Below are positions 12,529-25,719 of a DNA stretch of 64,000 nucleotides, in pieces. The stretch lies in assembly GCA_053919585.1 (NCBI GenBank), contig CM132806.1; one strand, given 5' to 3'. The notes beneath the pieces were generated by a model. The model did no database searches. It had not been told where the DNA came from and was given only the letters and a program-made list of their open reading frames with translations. The position numbers and the translations under genes were made by a program. This DNA comes from Euprymna scolopes (lineage: Eukaryota). The stretch's first letter is position 1; each line of letters begins with the position of its first letter.

Positions 12529-12535
<7 letters not shown>
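12320..12535. repeat. Small fold-back element with a hammerhead-like core
   Basis: Perfect 16-bp inverted repeat (12395-12410 / 12439-12454), CTGATGA at 12455, perfect 18-bp palindrome at 12467-12484. The outer arms are also complementary. Confidence 0.65.
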
Positions 12536-12573
<38 letters not shown>

Positions 12574-12989
12574 ACAATCAACTACTGTTTATACAATGTT
12601 CACAATTCCTGCTAGTTCGAACACTTTAGATTATCTAATGTATTCGCACGAATTCGGCGTTTAATAGTTCTTAATTCTTTTCATTCCCGTGACAATTGTT
12701 TGATCGCCCTAAGGTAAATACTTAGCAAATGTAGCAAAAGGTGGCTTCATACCTGCATTTAAATCTCATGGCCGGCAAGAATTGTAACCTTCTACACTGA
12801 TGATTTCGTAAACATGAAACATTAGTGTTTGTAGGTGTAAAGAATAATCATTGTTTACTTATGTATACATATATATAATTATATTCTAAAAACGAACAAT
12901 TAAAATCACTTAAAAATAACAATAATAAGTTTTAAGAGATCTATTTTTCATTATGTTTTTTTATCAGCAAAAAAAAATATTGTCGCAAT

Positions 12990-13421
12990 TCTTATTGGTC
13001 CTGGACTGTCATCTAAGCTTAAATCTCTGTCCCATGGACGAAATGTTGCATCACTCAGCCTGTTTTACAAGTATTTTAATGGTGAATGCTCCGACGAAGC
13101 CCTTGAACCCCCTCGACATAAATACCCCCGACAAACCCGACAAGCAGCAAAGTTTAACCCCTACACAGTAGAGATCCCTAGATATAAGAAAGCCTTCTAC
13201 TCTAATAGTTCATTCCTTAGAACTGACAGACATTGGAATCCCCTTCCGGATTCCTGCTTCCCCAACTGTACTGATATGCAGAAGTAAAAATGTAATGTTA
13301 ACAGACATCTTGCTTCTACACTCCCTACATAGTATCCCTGCAACTTATGCCCCTGATAGTAGCCCTCTATATCAAAGTGACACTGTGCCATTTTGGGGGG
13401 TTAAAATGTAATTTTAAAAAA
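12990..13421 (+). mobile_element. CR1-like LINE 3' fragment
   Basis: Homologous to 60750-61170 (LSHGRNVASL..FNGECSDE..SFLRTDRHW), with 3'UTR and A-rich end. Confidence 0.85.
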
Positions 13422-13444
13422 CTACACCCTTATGTCCAAGTTGC

Positions 13445-16400
13445 GATATGCTTTGTTTGTGGTGGAAAATAGTGATATGCTTTGTTTGTGGTGGAAAAGA
13501 GTGATATGCTTTGTTTGTAGTGAAAAAGAGTGATATGCTTTGTTTGTAGTGGAAAAGAGTGATATGCTTTGTTTGTGGTGGAAAAGAGTGATATGCTTTG
13601 TTTGTGGTGGAAAAACGTGATATGCTTTGTTTGTGGTGGAAAAGAGTGATATGCTTTGTTTGTGGTGGAAAAGAGTAATATGCTTTGTTTGTGGTGGAAA
13701 AGAGTGATATATTTTGTTTGTGGTGGAAAAGAGTGATATGCTTTGTTTGTGGTGGAAAAGAGTGATATGCTTTGTTTGTGGTGGAAAAGAGTGATATGCT
13801 TTGTTTGTGGTGGAAAAGAGTGATATGCTTTGTTTGTGGTGGAAAATAGTGATATGCTTGTTTGTGGTGGAAAAGAGTGATATATTTTGTTTGTGGTGGA
13901 AAAGAGTGATATGCTTTGTTTGTGGTGGAAAAGAGTGATATGCTTTGTTTGTAGTGGAAAAGAGTGATATGCTTTGTTTGTGGTGGAAAAGAGTGATATG
14001 CTTTGTTTGTGGTGGAAAAGAGTGATATGCTTTGTTTGTGGTGGAAAAGAGTGATATATTTTGTTTGTGGTGGAAAAGAGTGATATGCTTTGTTTGTGGT
14101 GGAAAAGAGTGATATGCTTTGTTTGTAGTGGAAAAGAGTGATATGCTTTGTTTGTGGTGGAAGAGAGTGATATGCTTTGTTTGTAGTGAAAAAGAGTGAT
14201 ATGCTTTGTTTGTGGTGGAAAAAAGTGATATGCTTTGTTTGTGGTGGAAAATAGTGATATGCTTTGTTTGTGGTGGAAAATAGTGATATGCTTTGTTTGT
14301 GGTGGAAAAGAGTGATATGCTTTGTGTGTAGTGGAAAAGAGTGATATACTTTTTTTGTGGTGGAAAAGAGTGATATGCTTTGTTTGTGGTGGAAAAGAGT
14401 GATATGCTTGTTTGTGGTGGAAGAGAGTGATATGCTTTGTTTGTGGTGGAAAAGAGTGATATGCTTGTTTGTGGTGGAAAAGAGTGATATGCTTTGTTTG
14501 TGGTGGAAGAGAGTGATATGCTTTGTTTGTGGTGGAAGAGAGTGATATGCTTTGTTTGTAGTGAAAAAGAGTGATATGCTTTGTGTGTAGTGGAAAAGAG
14601 TGATATGCTTTAATTGTGGTGGAAAAGAGTTATATGCTTTGTTTGTGGTGGAAAATAGTGATATGCTTTGTTTGTGGTGGAAAATAGTGATATGCTTTGT
14701 TTGTGGTGGAAAAGAGTGATATGCTTTGTTTGTGGTGGAAAATAGTGATATGCTTAGTTTGTAGTGGAAAAGAGTTATATGCTTTGTTTGTGGTGGAAAA
14801 TAGTGATATGCTTTGTTTGTGGTGGAAAAGAGTGATATATTTTGTTTGTGGTGGAAAAGAGTGATATGCTTTGTTTGTGGTGGAAAAGAGTGATATGCTT
14901 TGTTTGTAGTGGAAAAGAGTGATATGCTTTGTTTGTGGTGGAAAAGAGTAATATGCTTTGTTTGTGGTGAAAAAGAGTGATATGCTTTGTTTGTAGTGGA
15001 AAATAGTGATATGCTTTGTTTGTGGTGGAAACTAGTGATATGCTTTGTTTGTGGTGGAAAAGAGTGATATGCTTTGTTTGTGGTGGAAAAGAGTGATATG
15101 CTTTGTTTGTGGTGGAAAAGAGTGATATGCTAAGTTTGTAGTGGAAAAGAGTTATATGCTTTGTTTGTGGTGGAAAATAGTGATATGCTTTGTTTGTGGT
15201 GGAAAATAGTGATATGCTTTGTTTGTGGTGGAAAAGAGTGATATGCTTTGTTTGTGGTGGAAAATAGTGATATGCTTAGTTTGTAGTGGAAAAGAGTTAT
15301 ATGCTTTGTTTGTGGTGGAAAAGAGTGATATGCTTTGTTTGTGGTGGAAAATAGTGATATGCTTTGTTTGTGGTGGAAAAGAGTGATATGCTTTGTTTGT
15401 GGTGGAAAAGAGTGATATGCTTTGTTTGTGGTGGAAAAGAGTGATATGCTTTGTTTGTGGTGGAAAAGAGTGATATGCTTTGTTTGTGGTGGAAAAGAGT
15501 GATATGCTTTGTTGTTGGTGGAAAAGAGTGATATGCTTAGTTTGTAGTGGAAAAGAGTTATATGCTTTGTTTGTGGTGGAAACTAGTGATATGCTTTGTT
15601 TGTAGTGGAAAATAGTGATATGCTTTGTTTGTGGTGGAAAAGAGTGATATGCTTTGTTTGTGGTGGAAAATAGTGATATGCTTTGTTTGTGGTGGAAAAG
15701 GGTGATATTCTTTGTTGGTGGTGGAAAAGAGTGATATGCTTTGTTGGTGGTGGAAAAGAGTGATATGCTTTGTTTGTGGTGGAAAAGAGTGATATGCTTT
15801 GTTTGTGGTGGAAAAGGGTGATATTCTTTGTTGGTGGTGGAAAAGAGTGATATGCTTTGTTTGTAGTGGAAAATAGTGATATGCTTTGTTTGTAGTGGAA
15901 AAGAGTGATATGCTTTGTTTGTAGTGGAAAAGAGTGATATGCTTTGTTTGTGGTGGAAAAGAGTGATATGCTTTGTTTGTGGTGGAAAAGAGTGATATGC
16001 TTTGTTTGTGGTGGAAAAGAGTGATATGCTTTGTTTGTGGTGGAAAAGAGTGATATTCTTTGTTAGTAATGGAAAAGAGTAATATGCTCTGTTTGTGGTG
16101 GAAAAGAGTGATATGCTTTGTGTGGAGTGGAAAAGAGTGATATACTTTTTTTGTGGTGGAAAAGAGTGATATGCTTTGTTTGTGGTGGAAAAGAGTGATA
16201 TGCTTGTTTGTGGTGGAAGAGAGTGATATGCTTTGTTTGTGGTGGAAAAGAGTGATATGCTTGTTTGTGGTGGAAAAGAGTGATATGCTTTGTTTGTGGT
16301 GGAAGAGAGTGATATGCTTTGTTTGTGGTGGAAGAGAGTGATATGCTTTGTTTGTAGTGAAAAAGAGTGATATGCTTTGTGTGTAGTGGAAAAGAGTGAT

Positions 16401-19400
16401 ATGCTTTGTTTGTGGTGGAAAAGAGTGATATGCTTTGTTTGTTTTGGAAAAGAGTGATATGCTTTGTTTGTGGTGGAAAATAGTGATATGCTTTGTTTGT
16501 GGTGGAAAAGAGTGATATATTTTGTTTGTGGTGGAAAAGAGTGATATGCTTTGTTTGTGGTGGAAAAGAGTGATATGCTTTGTTTGTAGTGGAAAAGAGT
16601 GATATGCTTTGTTTGTGGTGGAAACGAGTAATATGCTTTGTTTGTGGTGAAAAAGAGTGATATGCTTTGTTTGTAGTGGAAAAGAGTGATATGCTTTGTT
16701 TGTGGTGGAAAAGAGTGATATGCTTTGTTTGTGGTGGAAAAGAGTAATATGCTTTGTTTGTGGTGGAAAAGAGTGATATGCTTTGTTTGTGGTGGAAAAG
16801 AGTGATATGCTTAGTTTGTAGTGGAAAAGAGTTATATGCTTTGTTTGTGGTGGAAAATAGTGATATGCTTTGTTTGTGGTGGAAAATAGTGATATGCTTT
16901 GTTTGTGGTGGAAAAGAGTGATATGCTTTGTTTGGGTTGGAAAATAGTGATATGCTTAGTTTGTAGTGGAAAAGAGTTATATGCTTTGTTTGTGGTGGAA
17001 AATAGTGATATGCTTTGTTTGTGGTGGAAAAGAGTGATATATTTTGTTTGTGGTGGAAAAGAGTGATATGCTTTGTTTGTGGTGGAAAAGAGTGATATGC
17101 TTTGTTTGTAGTGGAAAAGAGTGATATGCGTTGTTTGTGGTGGAAAAGAGTAATATGCTTTGTTTGTGGTGAAAAAGAGTGATATGCTTTGTTTGTAGTG
17201 GAAAATAGTGATATGCTTTGTTTGTGGTGGAAACTAGTGATATGCTTTGTTTGTGGTGGAAAAGAGTGATATGCTTTGTTTGTGGTGGAAAAGAGTGATA
17301 TGCTTTGTTTGTGGTGGAAAAGAGTGATATGCTTAGTTTGTAGTGGAAAAGAGTTATATGCTTTGTTTGTGGTGGAAAATAGTGATATGCTTTGTTTGTG
17401 GTGGAAAATAGTGATATGCTTTGTTTGTGGTGAAAAAGAGTGGAAAAGAGTGATATGCTTTGTTTGTGGTGGAAAATAGTGATATGCTTAGTTTGTAGTG
17501 GAAAAGAGTTATATGCTTTGTTTGTGGTGGAAAATAGTGATATGCTTTGTTTGTGGTGGAAAATAGTGATATGCTTTGTTTGTGGTGGAAAAGAGTGATA
17601 TGCTTTGTTTGTGGTGGAAAAGAGTGATATGCTTTGTTTGTGGTGGAAAAGAGTGATATGCTTTGTTTGTGGTGGAAAAGAGTGATATGCTTTGTTTGTG
17701 GTGGAAAAGAGTGATATGCTTTGTTGTTGGTGGAAAAGAGTGATATGCTTAGTTTGTAGTGGAAAAGAGTTATATGCTTTGTTTGTGGTGGAAACTAGTG
17801 ATATGCTTTGTTTGTAGTGGAAAATAGTGATATGCTTTGTTTGTGGTGGAAAAGAGTGATATGCTTTGTTTGTGGTGGAAAATAGTGATATGCTTTGTTT
17901 GTGGTGGAAAAGGGTGATATTCTTTGTTGGTGGTGGAAAAGAGTGATATGCTTTGTTGGTGGTGGAAAAGAGTGATATGCTTTGTTTGTGGTGGAAAAGG
18001 GTGATATTCTTTGTTGGTGGTGGAAAAGAGTGATATGCTTTGTTTGTAGTGGAAAATAGTGATATGCTTTGTTTGTAGTGGAAAAGAGTGATATACTTTG
18101 TTTGTAGTGGAAAAGAGTGATATGCTTTGTTTGTGGTGGAAAAGAGTAATATATTTTGTTTGTGGTGGAAAAGAGTGATATGCTTTGTTTGTGGTGGAAA
18201 AGAGTGATATGCTTTGTTTGTGGTGGAAAAGAGTGATATTCTTTGTTAGTAATGGAAAAGAGTAATATGCTTTGTTTGTGGTGGAAAAGGGTGATATTCT
18301 TTGTTTGTAATGGAAAAGAGTGATATGCTTTGTTTGTGGTGGAAAAGAGTGATATGCTTTGTTTGTAGTGGAAAATAGTGATATGCTTTGTTTGTCGTGG
18401 AAAAGAGTGAAATGCTTTGTTTGTAGTGGAAGTAGTGATATGCTTTGTTTGTAGTGGAAAAGAGTGATATGCTTTGTTTGTGGTGGAAAAGAGTGATATG
18501 CTTTGTTTGTGGTGGAAAATAGTGATATGCTTTGTTTGTGGTGGAAAATAGTGATATGCTTTTTTTGTGGTGGAAGTAGTGATATGCTTTGTTTGTGGTG
18601 GAAAAGAGTGATATGCTTTGTTTGTGGTGGAAGTAGTGATATGCTTTGTTTGTGGTGGAAAAGAGTGATATGCTTTGTTTGTGGTGGAAAAGAGTGATAT
18701 GCTTTGTTTGTGGTGGAAGTAGTGATATGCTTTGTTTGTGGTGGAAAATAGTGATATGCTTTGTTTGTGGTGGAAGTAGTGATATGCTTTGTTTGTGGTG
18801 GAAAATAGTGATATGCTTTGTTTGTGGTGGAAGTAGTGATATGCTTTGTTTGTGGTGGAAAAGAGTGATATGCTTTGTTTGTGGTGGAAAAGAGTGATAT
18901 GCTTTGTTTGTGGTGGAAGTAGTGATATGCTTTGTTTGTGGTGGAAAATAGTGATATGCTTTGTTTGTGGTGGAAAATAGTGATATGCTTTGTTTGTGGT
19001 GGAAGTAGTGATATGCTTTGTTTGTGGTGGAAAAGAGTGATATGCTTTGTTTGTGGTGGAAAAGAGTGATATGCTTTGTTTGTGGTGGAAAAGAGTGATA
19101 TGCTTTGTTGTTGGTGGAAAAGAGTGATATGCTTAGTTTGTAGTGGAAAAGAGTTATATGCTTTGTTTGTGGTGGAAACTAGTGATATGCTTTGTTTGTA
19201 GTGGAAAATAGTGATATGCTTTGTTTGTGGTGGAAAAGAGTGATATGCTTTGTTTGTGGTGGAAAATAGTGATATGCTTTGTTTGTGGTGGAAAAGGGTG
19301 ATATTCTTTGTTGGTGGTGGAAAAGAGTGATATGCTTTGTTGGTGGTGGAAAAGAGTGATATGCTTTGTTTGTGGTGGAAAAGGGTGATATTCTTTGTTG

Positions 19401-22298
19401 GTGGTGGAAAAGAGTGATATGCTTTGTTTGTAGTGGAAAATAGTGATATGCTTTGTTTGTAGTGGAAAAGAGTGATATACTTTGTTTGTAGTGGAAAAGA
19501 GTGATATGCTTTGTTTGTGGTGGAAAAGAGTAATATATTTTGTTTGTGGTGGAAAAGAGTGATATGCTTTGTTTGTGGTGGAAAAGAGTGATATGCTTTG
19601 TTTGTGGTGGAAAAGAGTGATATTCTTTGTTAGTAATGGAAAAGAGTAATATGCTTTGTTTGTGGTGGAAAAGGGTGATATTCTTTGTTTGTAATGGAAA
19701 AGAGTGATATGCTTTGTTTGTGGTGGAAAAGAGTGATATGCTTTGTTTGTAGTGGAAAATAGTGATATGCTTTGTTTGTCGTGGAAAAGAGTGAAATGCT
19801 TTGTTTGTAGTGGAAGTAGTGATATGCTTTGTTTGTAGTGGAAAAGAGTGATATGCTTTGTTTGTGGTGGAAAAGAGTGATATGCTTTGTTTGTGGTGGA
19901 AAATAGTGATATGCTTTGTTTGTGGTGGAAAATAGTGATATGCTTTTTTTGTGGTGGAAGTAGTGATATGCTTTGTTTGTGGTGGAAAAGAGTGATATGC
20001 TTTGTTTGTGGTGGAAGTAGTGATATGCTTTGTTTGTGGTGGAAAAGAGTGATATGCTTTGTTTGTGGTGGAAAAGAGTGATATGCTTTGTTTGTGGTGG
20101 AAGTAGTGATATGCTTTGTTTGTGGTGGAAAATAGTGATATGCTTTGTTTGTGGTGGAAGTAGTGATATGCTTTGTTTGTGGTGGAAAATAGTGATATGC
20201 TTTGTTTGTGGTGGAAGTAGTGATATGCTTTGTTTGTGGTGGAAAAGAGTGATATGCTTTGTTTGTGGTGGAAAAGAGTGATATGCTTTGTTTGTGGTGG
20301 AAGTAGTGATATGCTTTGTTTGTCGTGGAAAAGAGTGAAATGCTTTGTTTGTAGTGGAAGTAGTGATATGCTTTGTTTGTAGTGGAAAAGAGTGATATGC
20401 TTTGTTTGTGGTGGAAAAGAGTGATATGCTTTGTTTGTGGTGGAAAATAGTGATATGCTTTGTTTGTGGTGGAAAATAGTGATATGCTTTTTTTGTGGTG
20501 GAAGTAGTGATATGCTTTGTTTGTGGTGGAAAAGAGTGATATGCTTTGTTTGTGGTGGAAGTAGTGATATGCTTTGTTTGTGGTGGAAAAGAGTGATATG
20601 CTTTGTTTGTGGTGGAAAAGAGTGATATGCTTTGTTTGTGGTGGAAGTAGTGATATGCTTTGTTTGTGGTGGAAAATAGTGATATGCTTTGTTTGTGGTG
20701 GAAGTAGTGATATGCTTTGTTTGTGGTGGAAAATAGTGATATGCTTTGTTTGTGGTGGAAGTAGTGATATGCTTTGTTTGTGGTGGAAAAGAGTGATATG
20801 CTTTGTTTGTGGTGGAAAAGAGTGATATGCTTTGTTTGTGGTGGAAGTAGTGATATGCTTTGTTTGTGGTGGAAAATAGTGATATGCTTTGTTTGTGGTG
20901 GAAAATAGTGATATGCTTTGTTTGTGGTGGAAGTAGTGATATGCTTTGTTTGTGGTGGAAAAGAGTGATATGCTTTGTTTGTGGTGGAAAAGAGTGATAT
21001 GCTTTGTTTGTGGTGGAAGTAGTGATATGCTTTGTTTGTAGTGGAAAATAGTGATATGCTTTGTTTGTAGTGGAAAAGAGTGATATGCTTTGTTTGTAGT
21101 GGAAAAGAGTGATATGCTTTGTTTGTAGTGGAAAAGAGTGATATGCTTTGTTTGTGGTGGAAAAGAGTGATATGCTTTGTTTGTGGTGGAAAAGAGTGAT
21201 ATGCTTTGTTTGTGGCGGAAAAGAGTGATATGCTTTGTTTGTAGTGGAAAATAGTGATATGCTTTGTTTGTAGTGGAAAAGAGTGATATGCTTTGTTTGT
21301 GGTGGAAAAGAGTGATATGCTTTGTTTGTGGTGGAAAAGAGTGATATGCTTTGTTTGTAGTGGAAAATAGTGATATGCTTTGTTTGTGATGGAAAATAGT
21401 GATATGCTTTGTTTGTGGTGGAAAAGAGTGATATGCTTTGTTTGTAGTGGAAAAGAGTGATATGCTTTGTTTGTGGTGGAAAATAGTGATATGCTTTGTT
21501 TGTGGTGGAAAATAGTGATATGCTTTGTTTGTGGTGGAAAAGAGTGATATGCTTTGTTTGTAGTGGCAAAGAGTGATATGCTTTGTTTGTGGTGGAAAAT
21601 AGTGATATGCTTTGTTTGTGGTGGAAAAGAGTGATATGCTTTGTTTGTGGTGGAAAAGAGTGATATGCTTTGTTTGTAGTGGAAAAGAGTGATATGCTTT
21701 GTTTGTGGTGGAAAAGAGTGATATGCTTTGTTTGTGGTGGAAGTAGTGATATGCTTTGTTTGTAGTGGAAAATAGTGATATGCTTTGTTTGTAGTGGAAA
21801 AGAGTGATATGCTTTGTTTGTAGTGGAAAATAGTGATATGCTTTGTTTGTAGTGGAAAAGAGTGATATGCTTTGTTTGTAGTGGAAAATAGTGATATGCT
21901 TTGTTTGTGGTGGAAAAGGGTGATATTCTTTGTTTGTAATGGAAAAGAGTGATATGCTTTGTTTGTAGTGGAAAATAGTGATATGCTTTGTTTGTGGTGG
22001 AAAAGGGTGATATTCTTTGTTTGTAGTGGAAAAGAGTGATATGCTTTGTTTGTAGTGGAAAATAGTGATATGCTTTGTTTGTAGTGGAAAAGAGTGATAT
22101 GCTTTGTTTGTAGTGGAAAAGAGTGATATGCTTTGTTTGTAGTGGAAAATAGTGATATGCTTTGTTTGCGGTGGAAAAGAGTGATATGCTTTGTTTGTAG
22201 TGGAAAATAGTGATATGCTTTGTTTGTGGTGGAAAAGGGTGATATTCTTTGTTTGTAATGGAAAAGAGTAATATGCTTTGTTTGCGGTGGAAAAGAGT
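13445..22298 (+). repeat. Tandem array of a 29-bp unit, about 305 copies (GATATGCTTTGTTTGTGGTGGAAAAGAGT)
   Basis: Period 29 read directly from the sequence. Variants include AAAATAGT, GTAGTGG and a 28-bp GGAAGTAGT form. Duplicated multi-monomer blocks are present. Confidence 0.99.
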
Positions 22299-22684
22299 GA
22301 CATAAAAAAACCGAACGCATCTTTAGAAAAGCGGATTTTGTCCCTCCATCGTTTGTGTGCATGTCGTTTTAAGGAAATATTGATATTTGTATCGGCATCA
22401 TTATTTTCATTGGTATTCTAGGCAACGGAATCAATCTAAACATGTTCGATGTCGATCTGCATCTAATCTGATCGATATTTCAATCAGTCGAATAAAAATA
22501 GACGATTACAAACAAATTGAATGGTCGTTTGAATAATACATGTGAATGCATATGTCTAGACTAACAACATCTTTAACATTAATAGAAAAGTAGAATAAGC
22601 AGATCATATGGTCAACCGAACTTTGGAACGTTGATGGCAAAACTCCGTTATTATTTTATATATATATATATATATATAATCAAT

Positions 22685-23050
22685 TTTAATTACAAAGAAG
22701 GCATACTACCACTTTGAAGTAGGAGGCTACTATCGGGGATATAAGTTGCAGAGGCATTATGTGGGGAGTTGAGTAGCAAGATGTTTGTGCACATTACACT
22801 TGAGCTTCTGCGTGTCACTACAGTTTGGAAGGAAGTTCCAAAGTTTAGCAGTTCTAGAGTATAAACGCTTGGAGTATAAGGTTTTCTTACACATAGGGAT
22901 CTCTACTGTGAAGGTATGGGACTTAGTTGCTTGTCGGGGATAGTCACATCGAGCGAGTACAAGTGCTTGTAGTTCGTCAGAGCATTCACCATTAAAGTAC
23001 TTGTAGAACAGGCAGAGAGATGCAACATTTCGTCGTATGTGTGACGAAAC
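22685..23050 (-). mobile_element. CR1-like LINE 3' fragment
   Basis: ORF 22757-23128 contains SHIRRNVASLCLFYKYFNGECSDELQALV..RTAKLWNFLP; the 3'UTR follows. Confidence 0.88.
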
Positions 23051-23339
23051 CATTTGTTTGGCTGTTGTTGTTTTATAATCACTTATAGCATTAAGGTCAG
23101 CGAACGGAGAAAGGGAAAGAGTAGGCAAAGAGCTGGGGGGCTAGAAAAAGGTGAGAGGAGGATATGTGGCTATTTGATTGGGTAAGCAGGTTATATTGGA
23201 GATGGTGGTTGTAAAAATGGTGTTGATAATGTGGGTAGGAGGATTGCTAGATTCAGTCAAAACTTAAGGGATAGTATGTTGAGTATCAAATGAGAAGGGG
23301 GCGATAGGAGGGGAAAATATACTCCTTCATCACCTCCTC

Positions 23340-23454
23340 TTTGATAGATAGATTGATAGATAGAAATATAAATATATACATACATAGTTCAATTAAAATG
23401 AGATTTATTGGATAAATATGAAGTTTCAGATAGATTTATAGGTATATTATTCGG

Positions 23455-23502
<48 letters not shown>

Positions 23503-23611
23503 CTAAACAAAAAATATTAAAAAACAAATTAGAACGTTATATGTTAGGTCGTTCAAGTACAGAAACAACCGCAGTTACTTCCAGATAAGAACTTCACAGT
23601 TTAGAAGAGTG

Positions 23612-23671
<60 letters not shown>

Positions 23672-23840
23672 GGATAGATAGATTGACTAAACAAATAATA
23701 TAAAAACAAATCAGAACGCTATATCTTCAAGTTAAAAACAAACCGCAGTTATTTTCAGATAAGGACTTCACAATTTATAAGAGAGAAACAAAAAGAGTAT
23801 ATATATACATACATAGAGATAGATAGATAGATAGATAGAA
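23340..23840. repeat. (GATA)n microsatellites with a duplicated ~110-bp spacer
   Basis: GATA runs at ~23455-23500, 23612-23682 and 23817-23838. Spacers 23501-23612 and 23685-23785 are homologous. Confidence 0.85.
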
Positions 23841-24482
23841 AGATCTATGCGCAAGTCTTTTTGTGATGAATCTTGTGATTATCTGTGACGAAAAATAATA
23901 ATCGTGATGAAATTCATTTTCTCCCTATTGACTCTGTTTTGTTGTTTGCTTTATTTTGTCAAGAAATATTTTCATCTGCTTATAATAAACTCGTTTCCTT
24001 CATTCAATTGAATTTTTCCCCATATTTTCTTTTGTCAAAATACAAATAAATAAATTAAAAAAAAAAAGAAATCGAATTTCATCGAAACTCAATAATTTCC
24101 GTTTCGATTAAATGCAGATCAATAGAAAGTTTCTAAATTCCATTGCCGAAGAAACAATTTGAAATATGCAGAATTTGGGGTCTGCTCTACAATGGAAAAA
24201 AAAGGGGGGCGAAAGTTATTGTTCTTAAATGCATGATAGTCGAATTCCAGATAAAAAATAATTGCTCGGATAGAATAGTTCCGTATACTTTACGAATATT
24301 AAAATCTAAATATTATGATACTAAACTTTATGTGTAGAATCCTTATTCGAATTTTAATCCATATCGATTAACTTGCTTCTAGAAAATGATTTTTAGTCTA
24401 TAACATATCTAAATTTAAGTTTAAAAGAAATAAATTAGAATTCAAAGAATTACGTTTAATTGATGTCTAGTCTTTACGATTA

Positions 24483-25117
24483 TCTAAAAGAAACGTTGTC
24501 TGCTCGTTCGTTCCCTATGGACTCGAAAACGGCTGGGTCGATTATTATGAAATTTTATACGAAAGTACTTTATGTGCCTGGCAGTGTACTTAGATAGGTT
24601 TTGTATAGGAATGTCTCCAATAAATATCGATAACCGATAATCGAAATAATCCGATAAAAGTAGGAACAGGCGAATTTGATCAGTTTACGCCTTACACAAC
24701 CTATCAGCAAAAGTGCATTTGAGAAGCTTTATTACCGCACAAGTCGAAAGGCCCGACATATAAAATCAACGGTAGGTTCTTTGATATGGCAGGGGCGCCT
24801 TCAAAATGAATGTTTCTGTTTAGAGCACAATTGACGCATGATACTTGACTTTTACATTTTAAACTTCAATTCAAGCCATTATATATATAAAAAAAATAAT
24901 GTTATAAAAGCAACAGTAGGTTCTCCGCGGTGCAATATAGATTACAATGTATTATAAATTAAGTAACTGTTATGAGGCATGCGAGCTTCTTCCATGGGTC
25001 CATAACTAGAACTTGCAATCAATCGATTTGATGGGGAAATGGGCGATTTAGACGATTTCGATAAAAATAAAAAAAATATGGGATCCAATCCTGGGCAACG
25101 TCGGGTCACCCTGCTTG
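24483..25117 (+). mobile_element. Non-autonomous Helitron
   Basis: A|TC start and 3' hairpin cctgggcaacgtcggg followed by CTTG (degenerate CTAG). The 5' part is related to 46786-46930. Confidence 0.6.
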
Positions 25118-25719
25118 CGTTTAATACAAATCTAAAATAATTCAATTTTAAGTTGGAAGTTGTGTTATATTATCACGAGTGAAAACAAAACACTGTGAAA
25201 TGTATGTAATTATAGATCTGCACTACAATCGAATGTTCGTATTATTTGGATTCAGCTAGCTACTGTTTTCATCGTTAGTATTATTTTGGTCTACCCTGAA
25301 TATTCAACCTTCAACCTCCAGAAGAGTGTAACTTACAGTCAATCTTCACCAAGCATTTTTCCACTACGCTACAAGTCCTTGTAGGTACTCAAAATACAGT
25401 TCCGAAATGGCTAACGAGACTAGAGCATGCTACCAGTATGGAATAATTAAATGGTCGCGTTCGAAAGTTCTGTGCAGATTCCCGAGTTCGACAGGAAGGT
25501 TTCCGTGTTCAACAACACGCACGTGAAGAAGATAAAAGGTTACGTTGATCAGATTCGTTGTGAAAATAACACTCAAGATGAGAACAATAGTCCGAAGAAT
25601 TCAAATAATATTAACAATCAATCCCCATCTACAAAATTTTAAAAACAATCACATGTTATAGATGATACTTAACTCTTCAGTAAACGCACGAAAGTCGAAT
25701 TCCACAGAATATTACAAAC

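Noticed and set aside
13445-22298. CRISPR array or canonical telomere
   Set aside because: Units are head-to-tail with no unique spacers and no cas genes, the context is eukaryotic, and there is no TTAGGG-type repeat.
19154-22362. Three long overlapping minus-strand ORFs (1049, 910 and 796 aa) of HHKQSISLFSTTNKAYHSFPPQTKHITLF repeats
   Set aside because: The reverse complement of the 29-mer has no stop codon in any frame, so all frames are open automatically. The 28-bp variants shift frame freely, showing no coding constraint.
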